DNA of 64,000 bases, from NCBI GenBank assembly GCA_020184695.1, contig JAANOX010000034.1, positions 496,001-560,000 of the forward strand. The letters are read 5' to 3'. Positions 1 through 10,400 of the stretch are shown here, in pieces. The notes beneath the pieces were generated by a model. The model worked only from the letters and a program-made list of their open reading frames with translations. It searched no databases and was not told the DNA's origin. The position numbers were made by a program, and so were the translations under genes. Source of the stretch: Histomonas meleagridis 2922-C6/04-290x (lineage: Eukaryota; Protista; Parabasalia). Position 1 is the stretch's first letter; each line of letters starts with the position of its first letter.

Positions 1-2
1 AG

Positions 3-230
3 ATGATTAGGAAAGCAATTACAGAATCAAATTGGAGGGATGAAGTAAAAAAACTTAGTAATAAAGAAATGGAACAAGGAAACATCGAAGATATGACACC
101 AGAAGGAATTACAGATGCAATTATTGAAGATGCTATGAATGCGATTCCAAAAAATTTGCAAGCAACAATTGAAAAACAAATTCGAGATTTTCTAACAAAG
201 ATGAAAGTCCCGGCACCGCAACAAAAATAG
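3..230 (+). CDS. ENY2: ENY2/Sus1-like SAGA/TREX-2 subunit (probably 5'-partial at window edge)
   Basis: ESNWRDEVKKL...MTPEGITDAI...IPKNLQATIEKQIRDFL parallels the ENY2 pattern ECGWKDQLK...VTVDDLVAEI...VPDSVKKELLQRIRTFL (recognition from memory). Confidence 0.7.
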   Translation: MIRKAITESNWRDEVKKLSNKEMEQGNIEDMTPEGITDAIIEDAMNAIPKNLQATIEKQIRDFLTKMKVPAPQQK

Positions 231-378
231 TTGGTGTTCATTTGTTTTTAAAACAAATATTAATTAATTTCCTATTTTTCTACACAATATTTTCATCAAA
301 TTATCAGATAACCAAAAGCTTATAAAAACAAACATTTATTAGAAAGTTATTATGAGTTTTTAATAATAATCATTTAAT

Positions 379-747
379 TTATTTATAACTTTTTTCGTTT
401 GGAATTGTTAAAAGGCTTCCTTCGCATGGAGAAAAATCATAGTAAAAAACAGTTTGGTTTAGATTTGACAGCTTTGTAGATATTTCAGTTATAGGTTTAA
501 AATCAGTTTCTGATTCTTTTGTGAAAATTTGAACTTTATCTGGATCAACAGAACCTCCATGATGTTTAGATATTGCATACATCAAATCATAAATTGTCGA
601 TGTATTAATATCAAGAAATTCTTTAAATTCCATAAACTCACAATCACGCAATTTCATTGTAAATTCTACAAGTTTTATATCACCTTTAAGAATATTTGGA
701 ATGTTTGATGTTATGCTTTTCCTTGGTGTTTGAGGGCTTGAGCTCAT
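379..747 (-). CDS. Small hypothetical protein, possibly ubiquitin-like fold
   Basis: 122-aa ORF with TCACT Inr 2 nt before the ATG; the fold is a weak guess. Confidence 0.6.
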   Translation of the reverse strand: MSSSPQTPRKSITSNIPNILKGDIKLVEFTMKLRDCEFMEFKEFLDINTSTIYDLMYAISKHHGGSVDPDKVQIFTKESETDFKPITEISTKLSNLNQTVFYYDFSPCEGSLLTIPNEKSYK

Positions 748-748
748 T

Positions 749-753
749 AGTGA
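749..753 (-). promoter_or_regulatory. Parabasalid initiator (Inr) TCACT
   Basis: Minus strand reads TTTTTCACTAATG, with the ATG at 747. Confidence 0.65.
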
Positions 754-913
754 AAAAATTCACAGTGCATGTTAAAATCAATAGTCAAATTGATCAGTTA
801 AATCCATCCTAACATTAAGTACGATTTACATGGGCAAACATTAAAATATTTTTAAAGTAGGATCTGCCTATAAACAAAATAAGATTATGATCAATATTCA
901 ATCAATCTATTTA

Positions 914-1978
914 TCAATTAGAATCTTTTAAAGCAAGTTCTAACTTACCCAAAATTTCATTTATCTGCTCGCTCTTTTTGATGTAGGCATCTAAAGAATA
1001 TTTTGCTTCATCCACAATAATTCCATCTGTCATATTCTGTGAAATAGGTGGCAAAAACATCATCATATCTTTTGACATAGCTGGTCGTTCTTTAAACGCT
1101 TCCAGGATTCGAACAATTCGACCAGTCCCTTGGAGATCTATTGGCGGTTCTAACTGTGAGAGCATAACTGTCCTTAAATCATATAATTGGTCATTGTACG
1201 ACATAACAACTCCATGCCAAACACCTTCGAGTGACCGTGCCCAAAGAACTCCCATTTCCCAACATATTCCAGATACATCCGATTCTTGAAAAATAAAATC
1301 AGAACTGTCATCTCCAACGCGCATGATTCCGTCACTGTCCAGGTGAGCAAAGAAATGGCGAGAACATGGACACTGAATAAGACATTTTGTTTTTGATGCC
1401 CAATTCCTGAAAATTCGTTGAGATGACTTATAATATATACGTGTGTAGCGAGATGTGATTAAGCCAAACTCTATTTGACGATTTACATTGATGAGATTTT
1501 TGATGAAGAAATCTCTGTATTTAGACCGTTTCCATTCAGAATGTCCAGCCTTTAATATCATAAGGTCAGTAGAATCAGCAAGAACTTTTAGTTGACTTGT
1601 ATATAAGCAAAATCTAAATTGTGGTTCGAAATTTGAATAATCTTCAAGGACTTCTCCTTTTGAATCATAAAGCTTTGCATGATAATCTTTATCTATTGCA
1701 ATAGTTTTTTTCTGATAAATTGAAGCTGCAATAAAAGTTTGTTCAATTGTATGCATATCTACTGTTTTAAAAGTTTCTAAATCGATCAAGGCACAGATGC
1801 CATCAGTAGTGAACAATCTTAATGTTCTTTGACTTTGATCAAACCAAAAATCGAGAATTTTGTCATTTGCTTCAAAATCAAAAGGAAATGGTCCTGTTCC
1901 ATTTGGCGTATCAAGCGAAAGATTTCTTGTATCGAGATGTATGAAAGTTGATTTTCCTATGCTGCAGCTTTTTCTCAT
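914..1978 (-). CDS. Hypothetical protein, beta-propeller-like N-terminal region
   Basis: 354-aa ORF rich in short beta-strand segments; C-terminal helix. Confidence 0.6.
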   Translation of the reverse strand: MRKSCSIGKSTFIHLDTRNLSLDTPNGTGPFPFDFEANDKILDFWFDQSQRTLRLFTTDGICALIDLETFKTVDMHTIEQTFIAASIYQKKTIAIDKDYHAKLYDSKGEVLEDYSNFEPQFRFCLYTSQLKVLADSTDLMILKAGHSEWKRSKYRDFFIKNLINVNRQIEFGLITSRYTRIYYKSSQRIFRNWASKTKCLIQCPCSRHFFAHLDSDGIMRVGDDSSDFIFQESDVSGICWEMGVLWARSLEGVWHGVVMSYNDQLYDLRTVMLSQLEPPIDLQGTGRIVRILEAFKERPAMSKDMMMFLPPISQNMTDGIIVDEAKYSLDAYIKKSEQINEILGKLELALKDSN

Positions 1979-2064
1979 TAAATTCGAACTTTGGTTCTAT
2001 AAATCGACCGTTTATTTAATGACCAAAATTTTTGCTAACAACAAAAACTCATATGACTAGACAA

Positions 2065-3318
2065 TTATTTCATTTCTTCAATAAGATCATATGCTCTATT
2101 CTTTCTTGTTAATTTTCTTATATTTCTTTTATATGTCTTTAGAACAGCCAACACATGTTCATCTTTTTCGAATTTTTTTTGTATGAGCGGTAATTTTTCC
2201 TTTATCTCCAATAATTTCGACTTTGGTTTTCCTTTCAAAACTTCCAAAGGTTCTCTTCCCAAAAAATTATTTCGAAATGATTTCCTGAAAATAATAGAAG
2301 ATCTCCATTTTTTAATGGTGTTCGTGCATGCGAATTTTTTCACGTCCTCATCTGTGATCACAATATCCCCAGTGTTGTACTTCCCGATGAATTCGGTGGT
2401 GTCAGTATCAGTAAACGTATTCTCCAAAATGTCATTGAACGGATCTGCAACCAAAGCGGAGTCCATCATGTAGATCATGAACTCTGCTAGGAGCCTAGAC
2501 TTTTTCCGGATGTTTTCGACAGTTTCATCCAGGGATTTCCCTGATTTTCTCTTTGCAATGATAGTTATTCCATATTTTCGTGAACTAACATTATTAATGT
2601 TTGATGTGATACCAACAATGCTGTAATCTTCACAATGCTTTAGTCGTGGGTCTTGGTTTGACGTTGTAATTAAAATTGGATCAAGATATTGTAATGGTGA
2701 TAATAATGAAATTGCAGCAAAAACGCCATAAGAAAGATCTTCTGGTGTGTCTGATATGATCATTACTCCTGCACCTGTGATAAGTGCTTTCCAGAGATCA
2801 ACAAGATTTGAATATGGAAATATTTCAAGTGGATCAAAATCTTCAAAACAAAGATACTTGGATTGTAGATATATTTCTTGATTAAGTTTTGATGGTGAAT
2901 TCATTGTGAGAATATTCGTTGGCTTGTTAAATCGCCAACTTTGAATAAGTGAAAATGAAAGAGCAAAACGTTCTTTAGGATTACAATCGTTATAGCTGTT
3001 AATTGCATCTTGAATGAAATCAAAGTAAAGTTTCGGAATGAATTTGTGAGTAACATAAACAATTGAATAATGTTTTTCTTCATAAACAAAAACCCAGCTG
3101 TAACATAACCTATCCTTAGGTACTGTGAATGCATAAACTGCATCGGTTATTTCTGTGTTACTTGGAAATGAATTTAATTGTATGTGAAAAAAAAAATCTT
3201 GAAAATCATCTGATGGAACAATTTCTATTGGGTAAATAGCACCACTAGAATACTTCTGAAGTAACACAATGCAATCGCAAAATTCAACAAGCATTTCATC
3301 GTAGGATGGTAATTGCAT
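2065..3318 (-). CDS. DENN-domain protein, DENND6/FAM116-like putative Rab GEF
   Basis: LWKALITGAGVMIISDTPEDLSYGVFAAISLLSPLQY resembles the DENND6 core LWELVLLGEPLVVMAPSP...LISPLKY. Confidence 0.6.
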   Translation of the reverse strand: MQLPSYDEMLVEFCDCIVLLQKYSSGAIYPIEIVPSDDFQDFFFHIQLNSFPSNTEITDAVYAFTVPKDRLCYSWVFVYEEKHYSIVYVTHKFIPKLYFDFIQDAINSYNDCNPKERFALSFSLIQSWRFNKPTNILTMNSPSKLNQEIYLQSKYLCFEDFDPLEIFPYSNLVDLWKALITGAGVMIISDTPEDLSYGVFAAISLLSPLQYLDPILITTSNQDPRLKHCEDYSIVGITSNINNVSSRKYGITIIAKRKSGKSLDETVENIRKKSRLLAEFMIYMMDSALVADPFNDILENTFTDTDTTEFIGKYNTGDIVITDEDVKKFACTNTIKKWRSSIIFRKSFRNNFLGREPLEVLKGKPKSKLLEIKEKLPLIQKKFEKDEHVLAVLKTYKRNIRKLTRKNRAYDLIEEMK

Positions 3319-3479
3319 TGGCTTGTGTTAAAAATGTAAACAATTCAAATGTGAAGCTTGATGTGAAGTGAACACAAACGTATTTAAAAATTACAGTTCT
3401 AATCAGCTATGTTTTGTTTCTCTAAAAATAAGCAACTTTTTAATATTATATGATACATCGCTTTAAAATACCCTACAAT

Positions 3480-4231
3480 TCCAAATACAGTGATATCACT
3501 TGGAATGTGGGGATTTCAAGAATGTCTAAACCTGGAAATAATTGAAATTAATGGTGTTATCTTAAAAATTGGAGATTATATATTTTGTCACTATAAATAA
3601 AAAAAAATACGCAAATATGCATTTTTGATATTGTAAAAAAATAATATTCGAAATCGTCAACCACAATCATATTATGTTCATATTTTTCATAAGCTAATAA
3701 AAATTTTTTTAACATACAAATACATTTCCCCATGATAACGCATTAATCTCTCTCGAATACATTTTCACAATAGTTGTGTTTTTTGTACGAAAGTACTTTT
3801 GGTAACATTACCGAAATTCAATAACATCTGAATTGCTTTCAAATTTTTTGTTGGAAACACAATTGGAGAATCGGCATTTTATTTATGTTCAACAAAAGTT
3901 ATAAATTAAAAAGGTTTGATAAGAATTGAATATTGCGCATTTGAATTCTGTTCTAAATTGGGAACATTTACATTTGGCAAATCATTAGAAATAATTGGAG
4001 CATTTTGCATATGCAAATTGTTCTTCAATAACAAAATTCGCAATTCCAAAATCTGTTCATTTGATTTAAGGCAGCGCGTTTTCATCATGTGAAAACCTTA
4101 AATGTATTGAAGTAAATGAAGAAAATTTAAATTTCAAAATTGATGATAATGGAATTCTTTATTCTAAAAATCAGACTAAAATCATTTGCTGTCCACCAGG
4201 AATACAAAAAGCGGAATTTGCAACTCCTGTT
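3480..4231 (+). pseudogene. Disrupted 5' part of the BspA-like LRR gene
   Basis: TpLRR-like peptides (IGESAFYLC, IEYCAFEFCSKL, AFSSCENLKCIEVNEENLNF) interrupted by in-frame TAA codons and a frameshift; runs into the ORF at 4232. Confidence 0.7.
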
Positions 4232-5665
4232 ATGGTTACATCAATTGAAAGTTATTCATTATCTTGTTATTCAGATTTAGTAACAATAAATTTTGAAGGA
4301 AAAGTGAATTCGATCGGTTCTTATGCATTTGAATATTGCAATTCATTAACAAGTATATCAATTCCAAGTTCAATCACCAATTTTGGCGATTATGTCTTTA
4401 ATTCATGTATTAAACTCGAAAATGTTATATTTGAAGAAGGATTAAGAACAATTGGAAATTATTTACTTTGTAATTGTATTAGTGTATTAAATATAACAAT
4501 CCCAAAATCAGTTTCTTCGATTGGATACAATCCTTTTTATGGTTGTACAAATATTTCATTCATTTCTATAAATGAAGAAAGTTCATTTTTTTCTAATGAT
4601 GGAAATGATGGAGTTTTATATGATAAAGAAATCAAACTACTTATTAGTTATCCGATAGGAAATGAAAGAAAAACATTTTCAATACCAAATTCCGTAACTT
4701 TAATTTCACAAAGTGCATTTGCTTTGTGTCATTTGGAAACAAATACTATCGGAAAAAATGTAAAAACAATTCATTCAAATGCATTTTATGATTGTTTGAA
4801 ATTAAAATGTATTTATTATTATGGAGAATCGGAACCAGAAATAGGAAGCGATGCTTTTCGTAATGTTACAGCAGTCGTTATGACATTAGAAAATTATCAA
4901 CAAGATACATTTGGTAATTTAGACATATCAAGAGAAACAATTGCTGAATGTCTCCCGCCAACACCAACATTCACTGAATCGAATATATTTTCGAAGTCAA
5001 ATACATTTTCTAATTCTAACATTTTAACTAGATCAAATACATTAACAAATTATAATACACTTATAAAGTCAGATACATTTACGAAATCAAATACATTTAC
5101 AAAGACAAATACACTTTTATATATAAATTCATTTTCTGAAACACTTCAAAGTGATTTAACAATAACTTTTACATGTTCATTTACTCATACTCTCTCAATC
5201 ACATTAACATTAACTATTTCTGAAACACAAATGAAAACACTTTTATTATTTTATATAAATTCTTCATATAAATACATTGAGACAGAATTTATGTGCTACG
5301 ATTACACAATTATTGTATATACAGCATATTACAATTATTATTCCAATTTCTTTACATATATAAAAGTAAATAAATTTCAGGCAAATATTAACAATACAAT
5401 AATAATTATTATAATTGTTTGCGTCGTTGTCGTAGTGATTATTATTGTTTCATTACTAATTATATTATTTGTATATATTCGAAATAAAAAAGAAGAAATT
5501 GATGAAAACATAAATTCGGAACAAAATGAAAATGAAACGACAAATACATTTGCAACTGGGATATCATGTCGACATGATATTTCATTATTGAAGAAGATCC
5601 ATTTGCAAATGATTTTAAAGAAGAAAAATTCATATAGCAAAAATAATAAGTGTGACATTGAATAG
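4232..5665 (+). CDS. BspA-like (TpLRR) surface protein with Thr/Ser-rich stalk and transmembrane helix; tail frameshifted
   Basis: IGSYAFEYCNSLTSISIPSSI-type repeats, xSNTFT stalk repeats, hydrophobic TM (IIIIIIVCVVVVVIIIVSLLIILFVYI); EEDPFANDFKEEKFI* lies in a shifted frame at 5590-5637. Confidence 0.85.
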   Translation: MVTSIESYSLSCYSDLVTINFEGKVNSIGSYAFEYCNSLTSISIPSSITNFGDYVFNSCIKLENVIFEEGLRTIGNYLLCNCISVLNITIPKSVSSIGYNPFYGCTNISFISINEESSFFSNDGNDGVLYDKEIKLLISYPIGNERKTFSIPNSVTLISQSAFALCHLETNTIGKNVKTIHSNAFYDCLKLKCIYYYGESEPEIGSDAFRNVTAVVMTLENYQQDTFGNLDISRETIAECLPPTPTFTESNIFSKSNTFSNSNILTRSNTLTNYNTLIKSDTFTKSNTFTKTNTLLYINSFSETLQSDLTITFTCSFTHTLSITLTLTISETQMKTLLLFYINSSYKYIETEFMCYDYTIIVYTAYYNYYSNFFTYIKVNKFQANINNTIIIIIIVCVVVVVIIIVSLLIILFVYIRNKKEEIDENINSEQNENETTNTFATGISCRHDISLLKKIHLQMILKKKNSYSKNNKCDIE

Positions 5666-5835
5666 AAGCGTTTTGTTATATTATTTGTTTAATAAATTTT
5701 GCGTATTAATAACATATTTTTGTTTTTTAAAGAAAAAAAATGTATATATATATAGTAATGTATATTTAACAATTCTATCAATGTTTATAGTTTAAAAATT
5801 GTTTCAATATTATATAATTTGTTATCATATAAATA

Positions 5836-5921
5836 GGAAATTTAGACACATCAAAAGAAGCAATTGCTGAATGTCTCCCGCCAACACCAACATTCACTAA
5901 ATCGAATACATTTTCTAATTC
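5836..5921 (+). repeat. Downstream partial duplicate of BspA segment 4913-5016
   Basis: Shares caattgctgaatgtctcccgccaacaccaacattcact and similar flanks with 4913-5016. Confidence 0.85.
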
Positions 5922-6091
5922 AAATTAACTTGATCAAGTACATTTTTAAATAAATTTTTTATAAAAAATTAACATAACAATGTCAATATTGACAAAAAAA
6001 GAAACGCAAATAAAATCCATCAAAAAAAGTTTTCATTAAAAATATATTAAAAAAAAAAGGTCATAATATTTCTAATATTTTAATAACAAAT

Positions 6092-7417
6092 TTAAATTTC
6101 TTGCGTTTCAAGTTTTTCGCTAATTTTTTCATATAAAATCGTAGCTATTTCATTTGATGGATTTTCTATTTCGTTTATAATTATTTTTAAGTTCTCCAAA
6201 ATTAATTCGAATTCGTCATTTACCAATTCCGGAAATACATCAACGAACATGTTCAAAGCATTTAATATTTTATCCAATTTTTCATCCATAATTACATTCA
6301 CAAAATCGATAAAAGCAGAAATACATTTATTGTCATAAAGGCTTTGAATTATTTCTTTATCTTTAGTGTTCAAAATCATTTCTGCTAAAGTTAAACACGC
6401 CTCATATTTAACAACATACACAGAATCAAAAGCAAAATCGCATAAAATTGAAATAATTTTCGTTCTGCTCAAATATAAAAACGAATTATCCCAATATTTA
6501 AATAAACTTGAAAGTATTCTAAAACATAAAATTAAATTTTTTTTATATGTATTATGTATTATTATATTAATACCAAAAATTATTTCTTTGTTACAAATAA
6601 TTTCTATGAAATCATTTGCAAGTGAAATATTATAAATTATTTTTAATACAGAAGTAACAGTTTCAACTGATAACGAATATAAATATTTAGGAAAATATAC
6701 AAATGATTCAGTTGAAACAAAAACTTCTAAAAAAAGTTTCGATTTGGAAATGTTTCGACTTACAAATGAAAGAATTAATGTTTCTTCAGATGGTAAACAA
6801 TGAAAAAGTTTCTGAATAAGTGTTTGTAAGACAATTTGTATGATGTTTATGTCAGTAATACTCTGCGAAATGTATGAAACAAATTTTAGACTTAAAATAT
6901 TGGAATTATGCCCAAGTAAAAATTCAATTCGTGTTTGAAAATATTCAAGGATTTGATTATTGTTACATAAATTCATAAGAATTTCAAATGAATAAAAAGA
7001 TGATGTTGAAAATGGACCAATAAAAATTTGTAATAGTAAATCAACTGTAGATTGGGGAAAAAAATCAAGACGAAAATTATTTGGTATGGAAAAAAGGGAA
7101 ATAGCATAAATAAATTTACTTAAAATTACGTCATTTACTTCATCTTCAAAGGCTATATTTTGAATTGTATTAATTAAGTTCAGAAAAAAAGATTGATCTG
7201 TTAAAAATATATCAGGAATTTGGTTGTTGTTTTGAACAACAAAGTTAATAAAAGAATCTATTAAATATATCTGTTCAATTATTTGAATATCATTTTGAGG
7301 AAAAAAAATTTGAAAATTTTGATCACCAAAGAATACTTCGTCATCAGTTTCAGTTTTTATAAATCCAATTTTCTTTCTGATTTTCGGGAAGTTGAAACTT
7401 TTTTTGTATTGTAACAT
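6092..7417 (-). CDS. ARM/HEAT-repeat protein (importin-alpha-like helical repeats)
   Basis: 441-aa all-helical ORF; VKYEACLTLAEMI-type ARM segment. Confidence 0.55.
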   Translation of the reverse strand: MLQYKKSFNFPKIRKKIGFIKTETDDEVFFGDQNFQIFFPQNDIQIIEQIYLIDSFINFVVQNNNQIPDIFLTDQSFFLNLINTIQNIAFEDEVNDVILSKFIYAISLFSIPNNFRLDFFPQSTVDLLLQIFIGPFSTSSFYSFEILMNLCNNNQILEYFQTRIEFLLGHNSNILSLKFVSYISQSITDINIIQIVLQTLIQKLFHCLPSEETLILSFVSRNISKSKLFLEVFVSTESFVYFPKYLYSLSVETVTSVLKIIYNISLANDFIEIICNKEIIFGINIIIHNTYKKNLILCFRILSSLFKYWDNSFLYLSRTKIISILCDFAFDSVYVVKYEACLTLAEMILNTKDKEIIQSLYDNKCISAFIDFVNVIMDEKLDKILNALNMFVDVFPELVNDEFELILENLKIIINEIENPSNEIATILYEKISEKLETQEI

Positions 7418-7477
7418 CAGGACAGGAGAACGTTTAATAATACAAAATACAAAAAAAACAAATCTATTTATTACAAA

Positions 7478-10400
7478 CTATTTTTTCTTTGTTGGTTCGA
7501 TTTCTTTTAGCTGCAAATATGCGTTTTGAGGTTTATCATTCTTTCTTTTAATTTCATTAGTTCCTAATATGATTGGATTTCTTAATGGAACAACGTTTGG
7601 TTTCCAATCTGGTTGTGGAATTTCATTCCCTACTTTCTGTTCGAATGGTCTATGAGTTTCTGTATTATCTCTTTTAATTTTTGTATTTATACTTTGATGA
7701 CTACTTCTAGATTGAAAAGAACTTGGTGCATATGAATCAGAACTATCCTTGTGTCGATATTTGTCGACATTTGGAATATCATACACTGGAGGAGGAACAA
7801 ATTTTGGTACATCTGGAAGATCTGGCGCTTCAGGTGATGCTTTTACCTCATCCAAAAGGTGTCCAACTCTTTTATATAACATGTCATCTAATGGGAAAGG
7901 ATTAACAGGAGGCCTAACTCTTTTTCTTGGTTCTTGAAGCGAGAGTTCTGATAATTCAGAAGAAAACGATAGACTCATTTCGTCAATTTTCGGTTTTTCG
8001 GTTTTCCTGGAAACGATAACAACGGGTACCCTATTTTTGACACTTTTCTCCTTTTCCTCTTTGACAGGTTTATCATCTTCTGAAAACGATGCCAATTTTT
8101 GAACTTGCAAAATCGGTTTTTCAGGTTTAATCTCTTTTTTGACTTTTTTATCAGGAACATTCTTTTTCTTAATTGATTCAGGTAATTTTTCTTCGACTAC
8201 TTCAATTTCTTTTTCTTTTTCTTCAACTTTTTCATCATTATTGTTTTCATTTAGATTATCTCTAACAGGGAAATCATCAGGAGTGATATCCCAAAGTGAT
8301 TTATTATTTGTTTGAGTTTGCTCTTGAGGATAAAACATAGGAATTTGTATAGGCAATTGTACATATGCTTGTGGTTGTGGAATATGCGGTGTGAAATTAA
8401 ACGTCTGCGGTGCCACTTTTGGCGGATCGACCGTTAATAACCGTAAATTCGGTTTCACTTCACTTTTTGGCTTAATTCGAATTTTTGTTTTATTTTTAAC
8501 TTTTTCTTTAGGCTTAACGTATTTTTTCTTTGTTTCTTTAGTTTTCTTAATTTTCTTTTTTGGAACTTTTTCTTTAATTTCTTCTTCTTCCTCTTCTTCA
8601 ATGATTTCATTATTACTAATTCCAGAATTAGTTTGTTCTTTAATTTCCTCTTCTTCATTAAATATTTCATTATTTTGAATTTCCATTTTTGGAATTTGTT
8701 TTTCAGGAATTATAAATTCTTCAAAATCTAGTAATTCCTTAGGAACAAATTCGCCACAGTCATAACCCACTAAAGCTCTTGGTATACCACATCTCAACCA
8801 TGGAATCAAATGTGATACAATTGCCGCAAACAACAAATTTGATTTTGGAATTATATTTTCATCATCAAACAACTTCATAACAAATGAATTAATTCTTGAT
8901 AAAGTTCTTGGTAAAATTTTTTTCGAGCATTCAACACAAAAATCGTTAAAAAACGGATCGTCAATAAACGATGGATTGTCACTTTTCATATAAAGTATAT
9001 AAACGTCGTTCATGAAATTGTTCATTGAAATTTCGTTAATTTGTTTTTTCGCCAAATTTATATCAATGAATTCGGGGAATACCAACAAACGTAATGTTGT
9101 ATTATTGGGTCTTTTTAATTTATTAGTTTCTTTTATAGTTAAATATCTCCATCTAATAAACCATAAGTAACTAAAAAGTTTTATCACTTCGTTACTTAAT
9201 TGTTGTGGAATTTCATTAATTTTATTATTAAAGAACTTCGAACAATTTATATAATCGATTGTACAAAATCCAATTCCGAATATTGTTGCAATATCATTAA
9301 CTTCATCGATAGTTTCCGGTGCCAATAATTCGATTGTTTCTTCAAGATTTATTATGTTTGATATACTTTGATATTTATTATTTGGTTTAAATTCTCTAAT
9401 TTTCGATTTTATTATTTTATTAATACATTTAATGCATTTATATCTCAAAAGTATTTCATCATTAGGCGAAATAGAAATACAATGAATTAATGAGTTATAT
9501 AATGCTACAATATCATTGTTATACACTTTAGTTATATCATCGTAAATTTCGACGATTTCTTTCGTAATCGATGGATGCTGTATTAATTCCAATGCTTTTT
9601 GGAATTGGCCTAAGTTTATCATTAGTTTCAGTAACAAATTCATATCTAAATCTAACTCCAATAGTTTATCAGAGTTCGATTTATATAAAAATGATTTTAA
9701 TGACGGAAGTAATGTGTCTAAATTTACATCGCGACAATGATGTGGCAATTTATATGTTTTTAATTCTTCTTTATCTTCATCATTTAATGAATAATGTTTA
9801 ATGTTTTTCATTAGTAACTTGTTCGTTACAGTATAATCTAAATGATTAAGTTCATCAATAAGAATTTTCATTAAATATTTGTCACGCGAATTAGTTGACC
9901 ATGAAAGTCGTTCAATGATTTCATCATATATTTCGACATCATGATTTGTTAATCGATATATACATCGAATTATAAAATAAGAAAAAATATATTGTTGGTT
10001 TTCATATGCTAATTTTGAGCCTTCTTCAAACATTTGTATTAATACATATCTTAACGGACTATAATATTGAAATATATGAAAAAAATCGGTTAGATATAAT
10101 AACTCACACAATTTATATGGGTCTGAAACGCCATTTTCTAATATGCTTTTAACCGTTGCATCAAATAGTTTTGAGACACTTTGATGTGGAAACTGAAGTG
10201 AAATCATGGTTTGAAGATTCAATGGAATTGAATCATTCTCTATCTTTAAAATTCGCATTTTGCCTTTTGTATAGATTACAAATCGAAATGGATCTTTTGA
10301 ATCAGCTGATGCCATTAATGGCACATCTTTATTTGTAAATGGGGATAATGAACATAAGGAATGTTTTAAGCTTTTCCCACATCTTGCTACCGCACTAATA

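Noticed and set aside
3880-4080. Stop-codon reassignment (TAA at Glu/Trp-like positions in BspA and mariner)
   Set aside because: All long conserved genes are stop-free and end in TAA, TAG or TGA; affected loci also have frameshifts
5377-5658. Short antisense or nested ORFs in the ORF track (e.g. 5377-5658, 8391-8678, 25546-25944, 33428-33751)
   Set aside because: Shadows of real genes or low-complexity AT-rich sequence; no motifs
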